Positions 20,368 through 30,624 of a stretch of 64,000 bases of DNA are shown piece by piece (the first letter of the stretch is position 1; each line of letters starts with the position of its first letter). Location of the stretch: contig JAHPZA010000010.1 in the NCBI GenBank assembly GCA_019058445.1, forward strand, positions 608,001 through 672,000. Reading direction: 5' to 3'. The translations under genes were made by a program, and so were the position numbers. The notes beneath the pieces were generated by a model. The model saw nothing but the letters and a program-made list of their open reading frames with translations. It ran no database searches and was not told the DNA's origin. The stretch is from Promethearchaeota archaeon. Lineage in GTDB: Archaea; Asgardarchaeota; Lokiarchaeia; Sigyniarchaeales; SOKP01.

Positions 20368-21609
20368 TTAATCGATATTAAGATTTTTTCTCTTATCTAA
20401 TAATTCTTTTAATTCTGAAATTATAGTCTCTTTTAATTCAGGTTTTCCTGATAGATGTGATGGATTAACAGAACTTGAGGGTTGTGCAAATAATGGCGGC
20501 AAACCACTAGAGGTATATTCAGGTGAGGGTAAAAAACCTTTGGGTTGACTAGAAAGCTTTATTCCATTTTCATATTCTCTAAACCGCCTTTCTAGATTCA
20601 TTACACTTTCAGATAATTGAATTACTGCATTTAAAGTATTTTCGATTATACTACTTAAACCTTCTATTTTACGCATTGTCGGATTCTCTAAAGTTGCTTC
20701 CTCTTGCATAATTTTTTTTATGAATTTGGAAAACTTTGGCTCGTTAGCTATCATAGAATATATTGAACTTAAATAAATATCATATTCAAGATTTTTATCT
20801 ATAAAAACGGACTTTATGAGATCCTTAATTAATTCAATATTTAGTAGGATTTCAGTATCATCCCTTAAATCAGGATCATACTTGTGTATGAAAATTAGAA
20901 CATAGGGATTTTCTTCTAACCTTACAACAGTGTCTATAATTTTTTCGAAATAATTGATACTTTCATCAAATTTATCATGAGCTTGGATATCAATAACATA
21001 TATAATTAAATCGACATCTAAAAAATATCTTTCTGGTTTTCTGAGATAGTTATCTCTGAAATCTTTCTGACCTCCAAAATCCCAAATAGATAAAGCCATA
21101 TTACGTGTGCTTATCTCTTTTCGATCGATTCCTTTAGTGGGTTTCAGTCTAGAAAGTTCTTTTATTCCTATACGACCTCCAAACTTAGATAAAATTGTTG
21201 TTTTTCCAGCATTATTTAAACCAACAACAATAATTTTTTGCTCTTTTTTTGTAAGAGGAAGAATTTCTTCTTTAATTCTCTGTATTATTAAACTTAAAGT
21301 GATGGCTTTTCTTAATTTTTCTTCAATATCAGGGTCAATTTGTAAAACTTGTTCTATTTCTCGGCTTTTTTTTTCGGATTTCTTAATTAAAAAATCAAAA
21401 GGATGTTCTTGATCCAATAAAGAAAATTGCCCAATTTTTGTAATTTTAAACAATTTTTTTATCAATAAAACATCTGATTCTTCTAGAAATTTAAATGCTG
21501 ATGTGGGTAATTTAATAATATCATTGATGTCTTCTATAGCTTCAAGATTTACGTTTGGATCTAAGAATCTGGCGATTATTTCAATTTTATCATAAGTCTT
21601 TTTTGGCAA
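20368..21609 (-). CDS. Arf-like small GTPase with extensions (paralog 2 of 3)
   Basis: GLNNAGKT, KPTKG, WDFGGQ and HKYD motifs; Pro/Ser-rich linker before the terminal helix. Confidence 0.85.
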   Translation of the reverse strand: MPKKTYDKIEIIARFLDPNVNLEAIEDINDIIKLPTSAFKFLEESDVLLIKKLFKITKIGQFSLLDQEHPFDFLIKKSEKKSREIEQVLQIDPDIEEKLRKAITLSLIIQRIKEEILPLTKKEQKIIVVGLNNAGKTTILSKFGGRIGIKELSRLKPTKGIDRKEISTRNMALSIWDFGGQKDFRDNYLRKPERYFLDVDLIIYVIDIQAHDKFDESINYFEKIIDTVVRLEENPYVLIFIHKYDPDLRDDTEILLNIELIKDLIKSVFIDKNLEYDIYLSSIYSMIANEPKFSKFIKKIMQEEATLENPTMRKIEGLSSIIENTLNAVIQLSESVMNLERRFREYENGIKLSSQPKGFLPSPEYTSSGLPPLFAQPSSSVNPSHLSGKPELKETIISELKELLDKRKNLNID

Positions 21610-21763
21610 TTTGAATCATACTAATCTTTTTATTCTTTTTAATTTTTACATTTTTAACAAAATTAGAGAAATTAAACATTTTTATATTTAAACTCTTTTT
21701 TGTTTCAATGATTATTAAATGAGAATTTAAGTGTAGAGAATTATATAAAAAAAGAAAAGATAA

Positions 21764-23020
21764 TTATAAATCTAAACTCTTTTTTTTAGCAAATAAATCT
21801 TTTAATTCATTAAGAACTTGAGATCTAGCATTTTCCTCTCCTCTTTTTACTTCTACCGCTTCAGGACTTTGAATTTCTATTGGTACTCCTGATTGAATAG
21901 ATTTTATTTGAAAAGCTTGAAAAGCTCCACTTTCAATAGCCCCAAGTCGATTTTCTATATTATTAATTTGATTAGATATACTTTCTGACAAACGAACAAT
22001 CACATTCATGGTTTCCTCTAATATCTTTCCCAAACCTTCCACCTTTGATATTGTAGGATCTGTTAGAGCATAATTTGTTTTCATTACCTCTTTTATATAT
22101 TTAGCGAATTTGGGTTCATTTGATATTAGAGAAAATATTGACGTTAAATATATTTCGCAATCAAATTCATTTCTTTCTTGAAAAATTTCTTTTAGATTCT
22201 CTTTTAAAAATTCTATATTTAATAGAATTTCAGGTTTATTTTTAATATCTGGATCATATTTATGAATATAAATCATTATATAAGGAAATTCTTCCAACAA
22301 AATTAATAACTCAATGATGTCCTTAAAATAACCTAATGATTCTTCAAATCTTTCTGGATCTTGAACATCAACTACATATATTAATAAATCTATTTGAAGA
22401 AAATACCTTTCAGGATTTTGGAAATATTTTTTTCGGAGTTCTTCTTGTCCACCAAAATCCCAAATATAAAGATCCAATGTTTCGGTTATAATATGATCTC
22501 TTTTAATACCCTTGGTTGGTTTTAGTGAAGCTAAATCGCTAATTCCTAAACGACCTCCAAACTTAGTTACAATTGCAGTTTTTCCAGCATTATCTAATCC
22601 AACTACAATAACTTTTTGGTCTTTCTTCTCATCTAAATTTTCTTTTTTAACTTTTTTTATGAGGGAACTAATGGTAGCAGTTTTCATTAATTTTTTTTCA
22701 AGGTCAGGAAATTTTAGTCTAATATCTTCAATTTTCAATTCTTCTTGACTTGTCTCATAAGATGCAATAAAATCATTAATGTTCTCCAGATCAATTGGTA
22801 GTTTAAGGGGCAAGTTTTTACCTAATTTAGTAGCATCTTTAATATTATTAATCCCAAAAATTTCTCCTAAAATAGTAGCCTCTTCATTATCTAAGAAGTT
22901 ATAGGCATGAATAGGGAGGTTTAATATATCATCAATCTTTTTTATATTGTTGATATCATTAAATTCAGGATCCAAAAATTTTGAAAATATATTAACTACA
23001 CTAGATAGTTCCGACGGCAT
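21764..23020 (-). CDS. Arf-like small GTPase with extensions (paralog 3 of 3)
   Basis: GLDNAGKT, KPTKG, WDFGGQ and HKYD motifs; very similar to 18908..20176. Confidence 0.85.
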   Translation of the reverse strand: MPSELSSVVNIFSKFLDPEFNDINNIKKIDDILNLPIHAYNFLDNEEATILGEIFGINNIKDATKLGKNLPLKLPIDLENINDFIASYETSQEELKIEDIRLKFPDLEKKLMKTATISSLIKKVKKENLDEKKDQKVIVVGLDNAGKTAIVTKFGGRLGISDLASLKPTKGIKRDHIITETLDLYIWDFGGQEELRKKYFQNPERYFLQIDLLIYVVDVQDPERFEESLGYFKDIIELLILLEEFPYIMIYIHKYDPDIKNKPEILLNIEFLKENLKEIFQERNEFDCEIYLTSIFSLISNEPKFAKYIKEVMKTNYALTDPTISKVEGLGKILEETMNVIVRLSESISNQINNIENRLGAIESGAFQAFQIKSIQSGVPIEIQSPEAVEVKRGEENARSQVLNELKDLFAKKKSLDL

Positions 23021-23307
23021 TGTAATTTCTTATATTCTTTTTTATTAATAATATAATATTAATATAAGGTATATAATTTTTTATTAGGTTTCTTAAAAAA
23101 ATGCTATAATAGAACATTTTATTTGATGTTATTTTACTAAATTTTCTTTAGTTGTATTTCATTGGACTTTTCTGTTAAAAACAAGAAGACATTTAGTTAA
23201 CTGAGATATGAATATTACGTGCTTCTTGTAATCGTCTTATTTCTTTTTGGGATAGTTTTATATAGGTTATTAATCATAATAATATAAATAAAATCCAAAA
23301 GTCCATT

Positions 23308-24234
23308 ATGTCCCCCGATAAACAGCCCTTTAAAAATAGCGATGGATTTTTTGAAGAAGAAACGGAAGAGTGTTGTGATTCACCCAAAATATCGGAGGAA
23401 GATGGATTTTATGTTTGTTTAAATTGTGGCTATGTTCACAGCAGAATATTAGATACATCTCCTAGAAGGGCCTTCACGGCAGAGGAAATCCAGAAAAGAA
23501 AAACAAATGAAAGGGTTTATAGCCCAATTGGACCGCGTACGATTATCCGAGGTAGCCGTGATGCACGAGGGACACTTTTAAGCCCAAAATATAAATCAAA
23601 ATTTAATCGTCTTGCGAAAATTCATAGGAGTTTAACAACTAGCTATGAGCGAAATTTATGGATCGCGTTACCAAACTTACAACGATTACAAAAGAGATTA
23701 GGAATTCCGGATACTGTTGCAGAGGATGCACTGCGAATATACACACAAACAGTAAAAAAGAAATTAACAATGGGAAGAAGTATTGATACTTTGCTTTCAG
23801 CTTCCATTTTTGCCGCACTACGAATACATGGAATTCCTCGAACAGTTGAAGAAATAACAAAAGTCGCCCAAATTCCTAAAAAAAAAGTAATTAAAAGTTT
23901 CAGGTTAATCTTAATGGAAATTTTGCCTAATCTTAACCTAAAAGTGCAGCATTTTCAGGCAGATCGCTACGTAGATAAATTTAATGATGAGTTAGGATTA
24001 TCAATGCAATGTAGAAATATTGCTGTCAAATTAATTGAGAGTGCAAAAGAAAATGGGTTTAATACGGCAGGAAAAGACCCAAAAGGGATAGCAGCTGCCG
24101 CAATATATCTTGGATCCAAGATTTGTAATGAAAATAGGACACAGAAGGAAATTTCTAAGCTGGCAAAGGTCACAGAGGTCACACTCAGGATGCGTGTCAA
24201 AGACTTGCAGAAATTTGCGAAGATAATTAAGTAA
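23308..24234 (+). CDS. tfb: Transcription initiation factor IIB (TFB)
   Basis: N-terminal Zn ribbon (CC...CLNCG); two cyclin repeats (GRSIDTLLSASIF; GKDPKGIAAAAIY; RTQKEISKLAKVTEVTLR). Confidence 0.93.
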   Translation: MSPDKQPFKNSDGFFEEETEECCDSPKISEEDGFYVCLNCGYVHSRILDTSPRRAFTAEEIQKRKTNERVYSPIGPRTIIRGSRDARGTLLSPKYKSKFNRLAKIHRSLTTSYERNLWIALPNLQRLQKRLGIPDTVAEDALRIYTQTVKKKLTMGRSIDTLLSASIFAALRIHGIPRTVEEITKVAQIPKKKVIKSFRLILMEILPNLNLKVQHFQADRYVDKFNDELGLSMQCRNIAVKLIESAKENGFNTAGKDPKGIAAAAIYLGSKICNENRTQKEISKLAKVTEVTLRMRVKDLQKFAKIIK

Positions 24235-24246
24235 TTTTTAAGGAAA

Positions 24247-27200
24247 TTAGAGTTTAGTTAAAACTTTCTCTTCCTCAAATAGAGGTAATACTTTTAAAAA
24301 AGAGTTAATCTTTGTCTTATGTGTTTCTAAGTTTTCAGTTAACACATCCAATATTAATAGCAATAGCGAAACATAAAAAGTCTCTACGATTAATGCTTTC
24401 CCCATTCCAAGATTATTTAAGTAAGAATCAACGTTTGTTTTAATTTCTTTCGGGGGTTTTTGCGTTTTTAATAATGAAAGTCCATACAATAAAATAAGAA
24501 GAGCGCTTGTCTGATAATCTTTCCTTTTAATAAAATTACCAGCTAAATCCAAATAATTTTTAGAGGCGTCTTCAAACGCTTCTCCATTTAAAAGCTCTAA
24601 AATTTCCTTATAATATCGTCTTTTCATAGCTGTTCTTTTTTTTATCACATCAACACTTTCAGTTTTAACATCTCCCATTCTTTGTTGCAGGACTGCAATA
24701 GTTTGATCTAATTTTACTTTAAACTTAGACATTTCACCGCGTTCCTTTCTTGTAATATCTTCCTTCTTTTTATCTTCTTTAATCTCTTCACCCGCCAAAG
24801 CAATTAAGAATTCTGTTTCTGGTTCGAAGAGCATTAGTTTTTCTGAAAGATGGGTTAAAGTCAATTTAATTAATTCTTGAATATAATTTTCAAACGATAA
24901 AAATACATAATTCATAAATTGTATTTCTGGTAATGATTCTAGTTCCTCCTTTAAGGTTCTTAATTTTTTCAAGCTATTTTCAAAAATTGTTTGAGCGTTA
25001 AAGAAATCCTTTGCTTTAATTAAAATCAACGATCCGAGGATTAATCCAATAGCAGCATGTTTATAGAATTTCTTATCTACTAGTTTATCAAATGATTCGA
25101 GATAAATTGAAGATGCTTCTAACAAATTATTTTTTGATAATTCTTCAATAGCTTTGTTCCAATAATCTCTCCTCATCATTTTTCTTTTGGCTAATTCTTG
25201 TTTATCGATTTTAAGTTTTTTTGCGAGTTTATTGATCTCACTTCTAACTTTAGCAATCTCACCAATACCAATCTCGAATTCTAAAATTTCCTCCTCTTCC
25301 TTATATTCTTTACCTAATACGTCATAGAGAACGCGGATTTCTTCTTCGAATAATGGGAGATTTTCTAGATAAGACAGTGCTTCCTTAAGTTTTGGTTCAT
25401 CTTGTAATTTTTCCATTTCTAAGATATATTCAATTAAAGTAACTGGAAAGGTTTCAGAAAATAATTTTCCTGAGCTAGAGAAGTCTTTTTTAATTTTATT
25501 AAAGAAGTTTGTCATTTCTGTGATTTTATTATTTTTAAAAAATAATAAGCAAACCACTGCTAAAGATACACCTGATAAATTGTATTTCTTTATTCTTTCC
25601 AACCTAATGATACTCTCATTATAGGCTTCAATTGCTTTTTCAAATTCTTGGTTTTTAACATAATTCAATGCATCTACTAAATAAGCTCTTTTCAGTCCTT
25701 TTCTCTGTTTTAATTCATTTTTTCTATCATGAAGTGCATCTTGAGATTTCTTTTTGATAATGGAAAGTTTTTCTTTTAAAATTTCTCCTCTAACCGTTTC
25801 CTCGGCCATTCTCGATTCAAGCGCACTTTTATATGCCTCCAATTTCTCAAGTTGCTTATTTAATTTTGATTTGTATTCAGGATTTTCAATTTTATCGATA
25901 ATAGTTTGAGCAGAAGGGTAATCTTCATGGGTAATATAAATTTCAGCTATTTTTTTATATAATTTATTGAATGTAATCTTTTCTTTTTCTTTATCTAAAT
26001 AAGCTGTAAAGATGGTATCTACTTTTTTTATAAGCTGAGTTGCTTTATTAATTCCAGTTTCATTTTCTTCACTTTCAACAATTCTTAAAGCTTCATTTTT
26101 AATAACTTTAATAAATAATCTACTAATTTTTCTGGATTCCTCATAAAGCATTAAATTCCTAAATATTTTATTGGACATTTCAAAGAATTTTTCATTATTC
26201 TCAAAGTTTTCTTCTTCTTTTGATTCCTTTAGTTTTTCGAAATACTTAGGAAAAATCCGAATTAAATATTCTTTTCCCATATCTTCTGATAAATCTGAGA
26301 AATTTTTGAAAAAACTATCAAATTGTTTCGCATCAATTAAAATATCTAATGACTTGGTTAAAATCTGATTTGCGATCTCTTCCTTTCCAATACTAGTAAG
26401 GAAAACAGACTGATTTCTTAAGATCTTTGCAGCGTTCAGGTATTCTTTTTTCTCCTTAAAGCTATCGGCTTCCTTTAATATTTGAGAATTTAATTCAGCA
26501 ATGATATTAATTTCGGCATTAATAAATTCTTTTAGTATATCAACACCTTTTTGAACATTTTGTTCATATTCTTTTTTTCTAGATGCTTTTTCCCCCTCTT
26601 CTACTTTGATACTTAGATCAGTTAACTTTTGTTTTAATTTAAAGGAATCTAATTTATTAATTAAAGTCGAAGCCATTCCAAAATTTAATTCATCAAGTAG
26701 AAGTTTAATCATTTCTTCTAAATATTTATCCATATTACCTTTCTTTAATTTATAACTTTCCCATAGATTTTCTATCTCATCATACGCGTTTTTCGCTAAA
26801 TAAACCTCTTTTTCTTGTATTTTTTTATCAAGTATTTTTATTAAAACCTCAATCTGCTTATTGGTAAATTTTTTTAAATTATCAAAAAGACCTTCTTGTT
26901 GATAAACATGAATACTATAATATAACTGATCTTTAGCAGCATCTAATTCTCCTTTTGAAACTAAGAAATTGGCGGCGTTAATAATTTTCTCGGTAATTTC
27001 TTCTAAAATTGGTAAAACCTGTTCATGAGGTAATCTTTCCAAAACTTTAAATGCTTTATCACATTTACAAGCCGAAATCCAAGAAGTTATCGCTAGTTCA
27101 AAACTCTTTTGAACTAACTCTTGATTATCTAATTCTATAGAAGCCCATTGACCCGCATTTTCATATAGAAGTGCAGCATCTTCATAATTTGTATTATTAA

Positions 27201-27993
27201 ATAGCTTATTACCCTCTAATATCATCGCATCGTGATAAGAATGCCTAAATTCTTTATATTTTCTTTGATCAACATTTTCTAAAATTTTTGATGCTACAAG
27301 ATAAAGCTCTCTCTGTGAAAAAGCGATCTGAGAAAAAAGATAGGCTGCCTGTTCGCTATGAATATAATACTCATCACTGTTATATATTTCTGAGATTGTG
27401 GCGGCCTTTCTCATTGCTTGAGCAGCATAAAAGTATTGTTCTTGCTTAAAATATATATTAGCTAATTGTATAAATATAGGAAATCGCATCCATGCATTTT
27501 CTATATTCAATGGAGTCTCACCCGAAATCATCGCAAGACAGAGACATTGAAGTGGTTGATGAAACAAATTCGGGGAAAGATTTACGAAAACTTCAAGTTC
27601 GGGATAATTTACCCAGATATTTTCTAATAATTCATTGATTGATATTGGGATAATCCCTGAAGGATCATAATATACGATTAAAGTGGGAATATTACGTTTA
27701 ACAAATTTAATAATTGAATAATACATTTCAAAGAGTTCCATTTCTTCTTGTTCTAAGGGATTTAAAAAAAAGATGATCCCATCAACCATCGGAATCAATT
27801 CGTCGAAATCTGTAGAAATAATGTCTGTGATCACATCAACCTCTAAATCACAAACATTATCTAATGCGTTGATTTCTGCATACCACTCATTATAAGTTTC
27901 TTTAAATTCACCTGAATCTATAAATGCTCTCGCCACATATTCAAGCGTAGATGAAGGTTCTCCCAAAATCAAGATTTTAAACACGTAACGCAT
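24247..27993 (-). CDS. Large alpha-solenoid (TPR/SNAP-like) protein with a degenerate N-terminal GTPase-like domain and three C-terminal ~175-aa repeats
   Basis: Starts FKILILG...DGIIFF; helical repeats follow; KRxxMxRxY...LPLFEEE-type unit occurs three times. Confidence 0.6.
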   Translation of the reverse strand: MRYVFKILILGEPSSTLEYVARAFIDSGEFKETYNEWYAEINALDNVCDLEVDVITDIISTDFDELIPMVDGIIFFLNPLEQEEMELFEMYYSIIKFVKRNIPTLIVYYDPSGIIPISINELLENIWVNYPELEVFVNLSPNLFHQPLQCLCLAMISGETPLNIENAWMRFPIFIQLANIYFKQEQYFYAAQAMRKAATISEIYNSDEYYIHSEQAAYLFSQIAFSQRELYLVASKILENVDQRKYKEFRHSYHDAMILEGNKLFNNTNYEDAALLYENAGQWASIELDNQELVQKSFELAITSWISACKCDKAFKVLERLPHEQVLPILEEITEKIINAANFLVSKGELDAAKDQLYYSIHVYQQEGLFDNLKKFTNKQIEVLIKILDKKIQEKEVYLAKNAYDEIENLWESYKLKKGNMDKYLEEMIKLLLDELNFGMASTLINKLDSFKLKQKLTDLSIKVEEGEKASRKKEYEQNVQKGVDILKEFINAEINIIAELNSQILKEADSFKEKKEYLNAAKILRNQSVFLTSIGKEEIANQILTKSLDILIDAKQFDSFFKNFSDLSEDMGKEYLIRIFPKYFEKLKESKEEENFENNEKFFEMSNKIFRNLMLYEESRKISRLFIKVIKNEALRIVESEENETGINKATQLIKKVDTIFTAYLDKEKEKITFNKLYKKIAEIYITHEDYPSAQTIIDKIENPEYKSKLNKQLEKLEAYKSALESRMAEETVRGEILKEKLSIIKKKSQDALHDRKNELKQRKGLKRAYLVDALNYVKNQEFEKAIEAYNESIIRLERIKKYNLSGVSLAVVCLLFFKNNKITEMTNFFNKIKKDFSSSGKLFSETFPVTLIEYILEMEKLQDEPKLKEALSYLENLPLFEEEIRVLYDVLGKEYKEEEEILEFEIGIGEIAKVRSEINKLAKKLKIDKQELAKRKMMRRDYWNKAIEELSKNNLLEASSIYLESFDKLVDKKFYKHAAIGLILGSLILIKAKDFFNAQTIFENSLKKLRTLKEELESLPEIQFMNYVFLSFENYIQELIKLTLTHLSEKLMLFEPETEFLIALAGEEIKEDKKKEDITRKERGEMSKFKVKLDQTIAVLQQRMGDVKTESVDVIKKRTAMKRRYYKEILELLNGEAFEDASKNYLDLAGNFIKRKDYQTSALLILLYGLSLLKTQKPPKEIKTNVDSYLNNLGMGKALIVETFYVSLLLLILDVLTENLETHKTKINSFLKVLPLFEEEKVLTKL

Positions 27994-28004
27994 TAAAATT
28001 CACA

Positions 28005-28075
28005 AAAAATCATAGGATTATTGTTATCAAAATTTTTAAATTAAATCTAAAAATCATAAGATTATTATTATCAAA
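28005..28075. repeat. Intergenic 27-bp direct repeat (2 copies, 2 mismatches, 44-bp period)
   Basis: AAAAATCATAGGATTATTGTTATCAAA at 28005 and AAAAATCATAAGATTATTATTATCAAA at 28049, lying between divergent genes. Confidence 0.7.
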
Positions 28076-28144
28076 TAATTTAGGGAATTTTTATATTTTT
28101 TTAAATGTTCTATAAATTATCACATCGTGAGCTGAGACACTGAG

Positions 28145-28810
28145 TTGGAACATGAATACATAGAAAGGAATTACAATATCTTACAAAATAAAATGATTGA
28201 AGAGATGGATTTAGCTCTTGATTTCGGAAAAAAATTAGTAGACTCAGAATTAGATGCGGGAATTTTTAACTTTGTGGTAAAGCCGATTATAAAATCATTT
28301 TATAGTTATTGGAGTGTCCATGATGCCAGAACTGGTACTTTAAAACAAATTGAAATTGCTTTAGATTGTGGAAAACAGCTATATAAAAATGGAGCTAGCC
28401 AAGAAGATTTTAATCGTGTGATTAACGAGAATTTTCCAAACTACTTCCAAAATGATCAAATCTATAGACAATGCAGGAAAACCCATAAAGAATTCAAAAG
28501 ATTAAAAGAAGTTACAAAAGAGACCTTTATTACTCAAGTCAAGGAAGTAATAACCTTTCTGGGAATCAAAGAAAATGTAAGCGATTATAATGCATTAGTC
28601 AGAGCTGCTTTTAATTCAAAAGAAGAAGCATATAAATCGTTAATTATTCAATTAGATTTCAATGATAAATGTATAAAGATTGTAGAAAAACATCCCTCAA
28701 TCCTGAAAATCCCGACAGGAAAAAATATTATAATTAATGTTCTAAGAAAAGGATTTATTAAAACAAAAGAATATTTAATAAATGGATTGGACGAGATTTA
28801 TGGGATTTAA
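28145..28810 (+). CDS. Hypothetical helical protein
   Basis: 221-aa ORF; no motif recognised. Confidence 0.65.
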   Translation: MEHEYIERNYNILQNKMIEEMDLALDFGKKLVDSELDAGIFNFVVKPIIKSFYSYWSVHDARTGTLKQIEIALDCGKQLYKNGASQEDFNRVINENFPNYFQNDQIYRQCRKTHKEFKRLKEVTKETFITQVKEVITFLGIKENVSDYNALVRAAFNSKEEAYKSLIIQLDFNDKCIKIVEKHPSILKIPTGKNIIINVLRKGFIKTKEYLINGLDEIYGI

Positions 28811-28849
28811 TAGTTTCTTCCTTGTTTTAAGCTATTTTTAGAAATATGA

Positions 28850-30004
28850 ATGGAGTTTAATTTGAATAGTTCTTCCGCACAGCAAAAAACGCATCTTTTA
28901 CGGAAAGTTTTCTTAAATCTATTTATAAGTGCATTTATTATTATATGCTATTTCTATGTATCAGAGGTTTTCGGTTCAATTTCAGCCCCCTATCAAAAAA
29001 ACTCCAAGTTTTTAGTTCAATTTGGATTCACTTTATTGCTTTTTACATTTTTTTCAGTATTAGCAGGTCCTTATCATGGTTTTATAGCCGGATTTATAGG
29101 AGAATATCTTTATCAATTAGCTTATTACAAATCGATTTATCTTGATTGGTGTTTATTAATCGCATTCTGGGGATTTTTATGTGGAATCTATAAATATAAA
29201 CCACTAAAATATCAAGAAATAAAGAATGTGATTTATACTATTCTTCTTTTTGTTTTCAATTCACTAATTTTAATGTTATTACTTATATACATTCAAAAAC
29301 AGTACTATTTAATTAATGAAAAGATACAATTCATCTTTTTAAATTATGGACTCACATTTTTCTTTCAATCTTTAATTACAATTATATTTTTAGTCCCAAT
29401 TCTTTTAATTTTATATGATAAGGCCTTAGCTACACAGGAACGATATTGGTATTTTATGATATTAACACATCATCCCGTTTCGGCAAGTGATCATACTTTT
29501 TATTTAAAGTTTGGGAAGACTTATGTTTATTTCTGTTCTAGGTGTTCAGGTGTAATTATAGGAGGTATGATTGCAGCATTTTTTACACATTTAATAGAAA
29601 GGATTTATAACACAGAATTTAATCCCGAACTGGCTGTATTATTATGCATTATTTTACCAATACCCGGTTTGATCGATTGGGGCACTCAAAGAATGTTATT
29701 GCGAAAAAGTACAACTGAAACAAGACTTCTTACGGGATCAATAATTGGAAGCGCACTCCATCTTATGTCTTTTACAACGCCATATTATAACTTTATGTTA
29801 TTCTTGTTGGTTTTATACTTTTCCATTCTATTCTTACTTATGTTTTTTGGACATCGTAAAGAAATGAAATTACAAAAAAAAGAATCTGAAGACCATTTTC
29901 CATCTAATAAGGAATATCAAATCAATAAAAAATTTTTTATTTACGATAAAAATGTCAAATATTATTTTCATTCATGGTTTGGAAAGTTCTGGCCAAGGTT
30001 TTAA
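28850..30004 (+). CDS. Membrane protein: ECF S-component-like N-half plus DUF2085-like (CxRC) C-half
   Basis: LAGPYHGFIAGFIG pattern; FCSRCSG...LIDWGTQ...RLLTG pattern. Confidence 0.6.
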   Translation: MEFNLNSSSAQQKTHLLRKVFLNLFISAFIIICYFYVSEVFGSISAPYQKNSKFLVQFGFTLLLFTFFSVLAGPYHGFIAGFIGEYLYQLAYYKSIYLDWCLLIAFWGFLCGIYKYKPLKYQEIKNVIYTILLFVFNSLILMLLLIYIQKQYYLINEKIQFIFLNYGLTFFFQSLITIIFLVPILLILYDKALATQERYWYFMILTHHPVSASDHTFYLKFGKTYVYFCSRCSGVIIGGMIAAFFTHLIERIYNTEFNPELAVLLCIILPIPGLIDWGTQRMLLRKSTTETRLLTGSIIGSALHLMSFTTPYYNFMLFLLVLYFSILFLLMFFGHRKEMKLQKKESEDHFPSNKEYQINKKFFIYDKNVKYYFHSWFGKFWPRF

Positions 30005-30467
30005 AGGTCAATTATTTAAAAAAGTTCTGCCAGGAATTTTAACGCCTGATTTTAGAGCATATACCCCCAATATTTCTTATAAAGATTTATTAAGAGAAAG
30101 AATGGCACAACTATATAAAATCTTGAAGAAAAATAAGAAATGGATTTTGATCGGCTCGAGTCTTGGGGGTTTAATGGGAGCCTTATATACTTGTCAATTT
30201 CCAAACAAAGTATCTCTGTTAATTTTACTCGCTCCTGTTTTATCAACTCCATATCTAAATCCTATTAAATTTCAGCCTATTGATATTCCAGTCATAGTAT
30301 TTCATGGTAGGAATGACCAAGTTGTTCCATTAAAATCATCCCGGTCTCGAGCAGAAAAGTTGTTTACTAATCTAACCTATAACGTAGTTGATGATGATCA
30401 CATGCTACACTCCACCGTGTTAAAAATAAACTGGCCCCATTTGACAAGAATTTCAAACTCAATTTAA
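29952..30467 (+). CDS. Alpha/beta hydrolase (YqiA-like esterase)
   Basis: HGLES, nucleophile elbow GSSLGG, HGRNDQVVP and DDDH. Confidence 0.85.
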   Translation: MSNIIFIHGLESSGQGFKGQLFKKVLPGILTPDFRAYTPNISYKDLLRERMAQLYKILKKNKKWILIGSSLGGLMGALYTCQFPNKVSLLILLAPVLSTPYLNPIKFQPIDIPVIVFHGRNDQVVPLKSSRSRAEKLFTNLTYNVVDDDHMLHSTVLKINWPHLTRISNSI

Positions 30468-30624
30468 AGTTAAACTATATAGTATAAGATGTCCTTAAAA
30501 ACTGGACTCCAACTAATTTTTAATTGAGTATTAGTAGATTTTAATTGAGAGAATGTGATCATATATTTCTCTAAAATCATAAAAAATAAAAAAAATAAAA
30601 AAAATCACTAATATAAGGGAAAAA

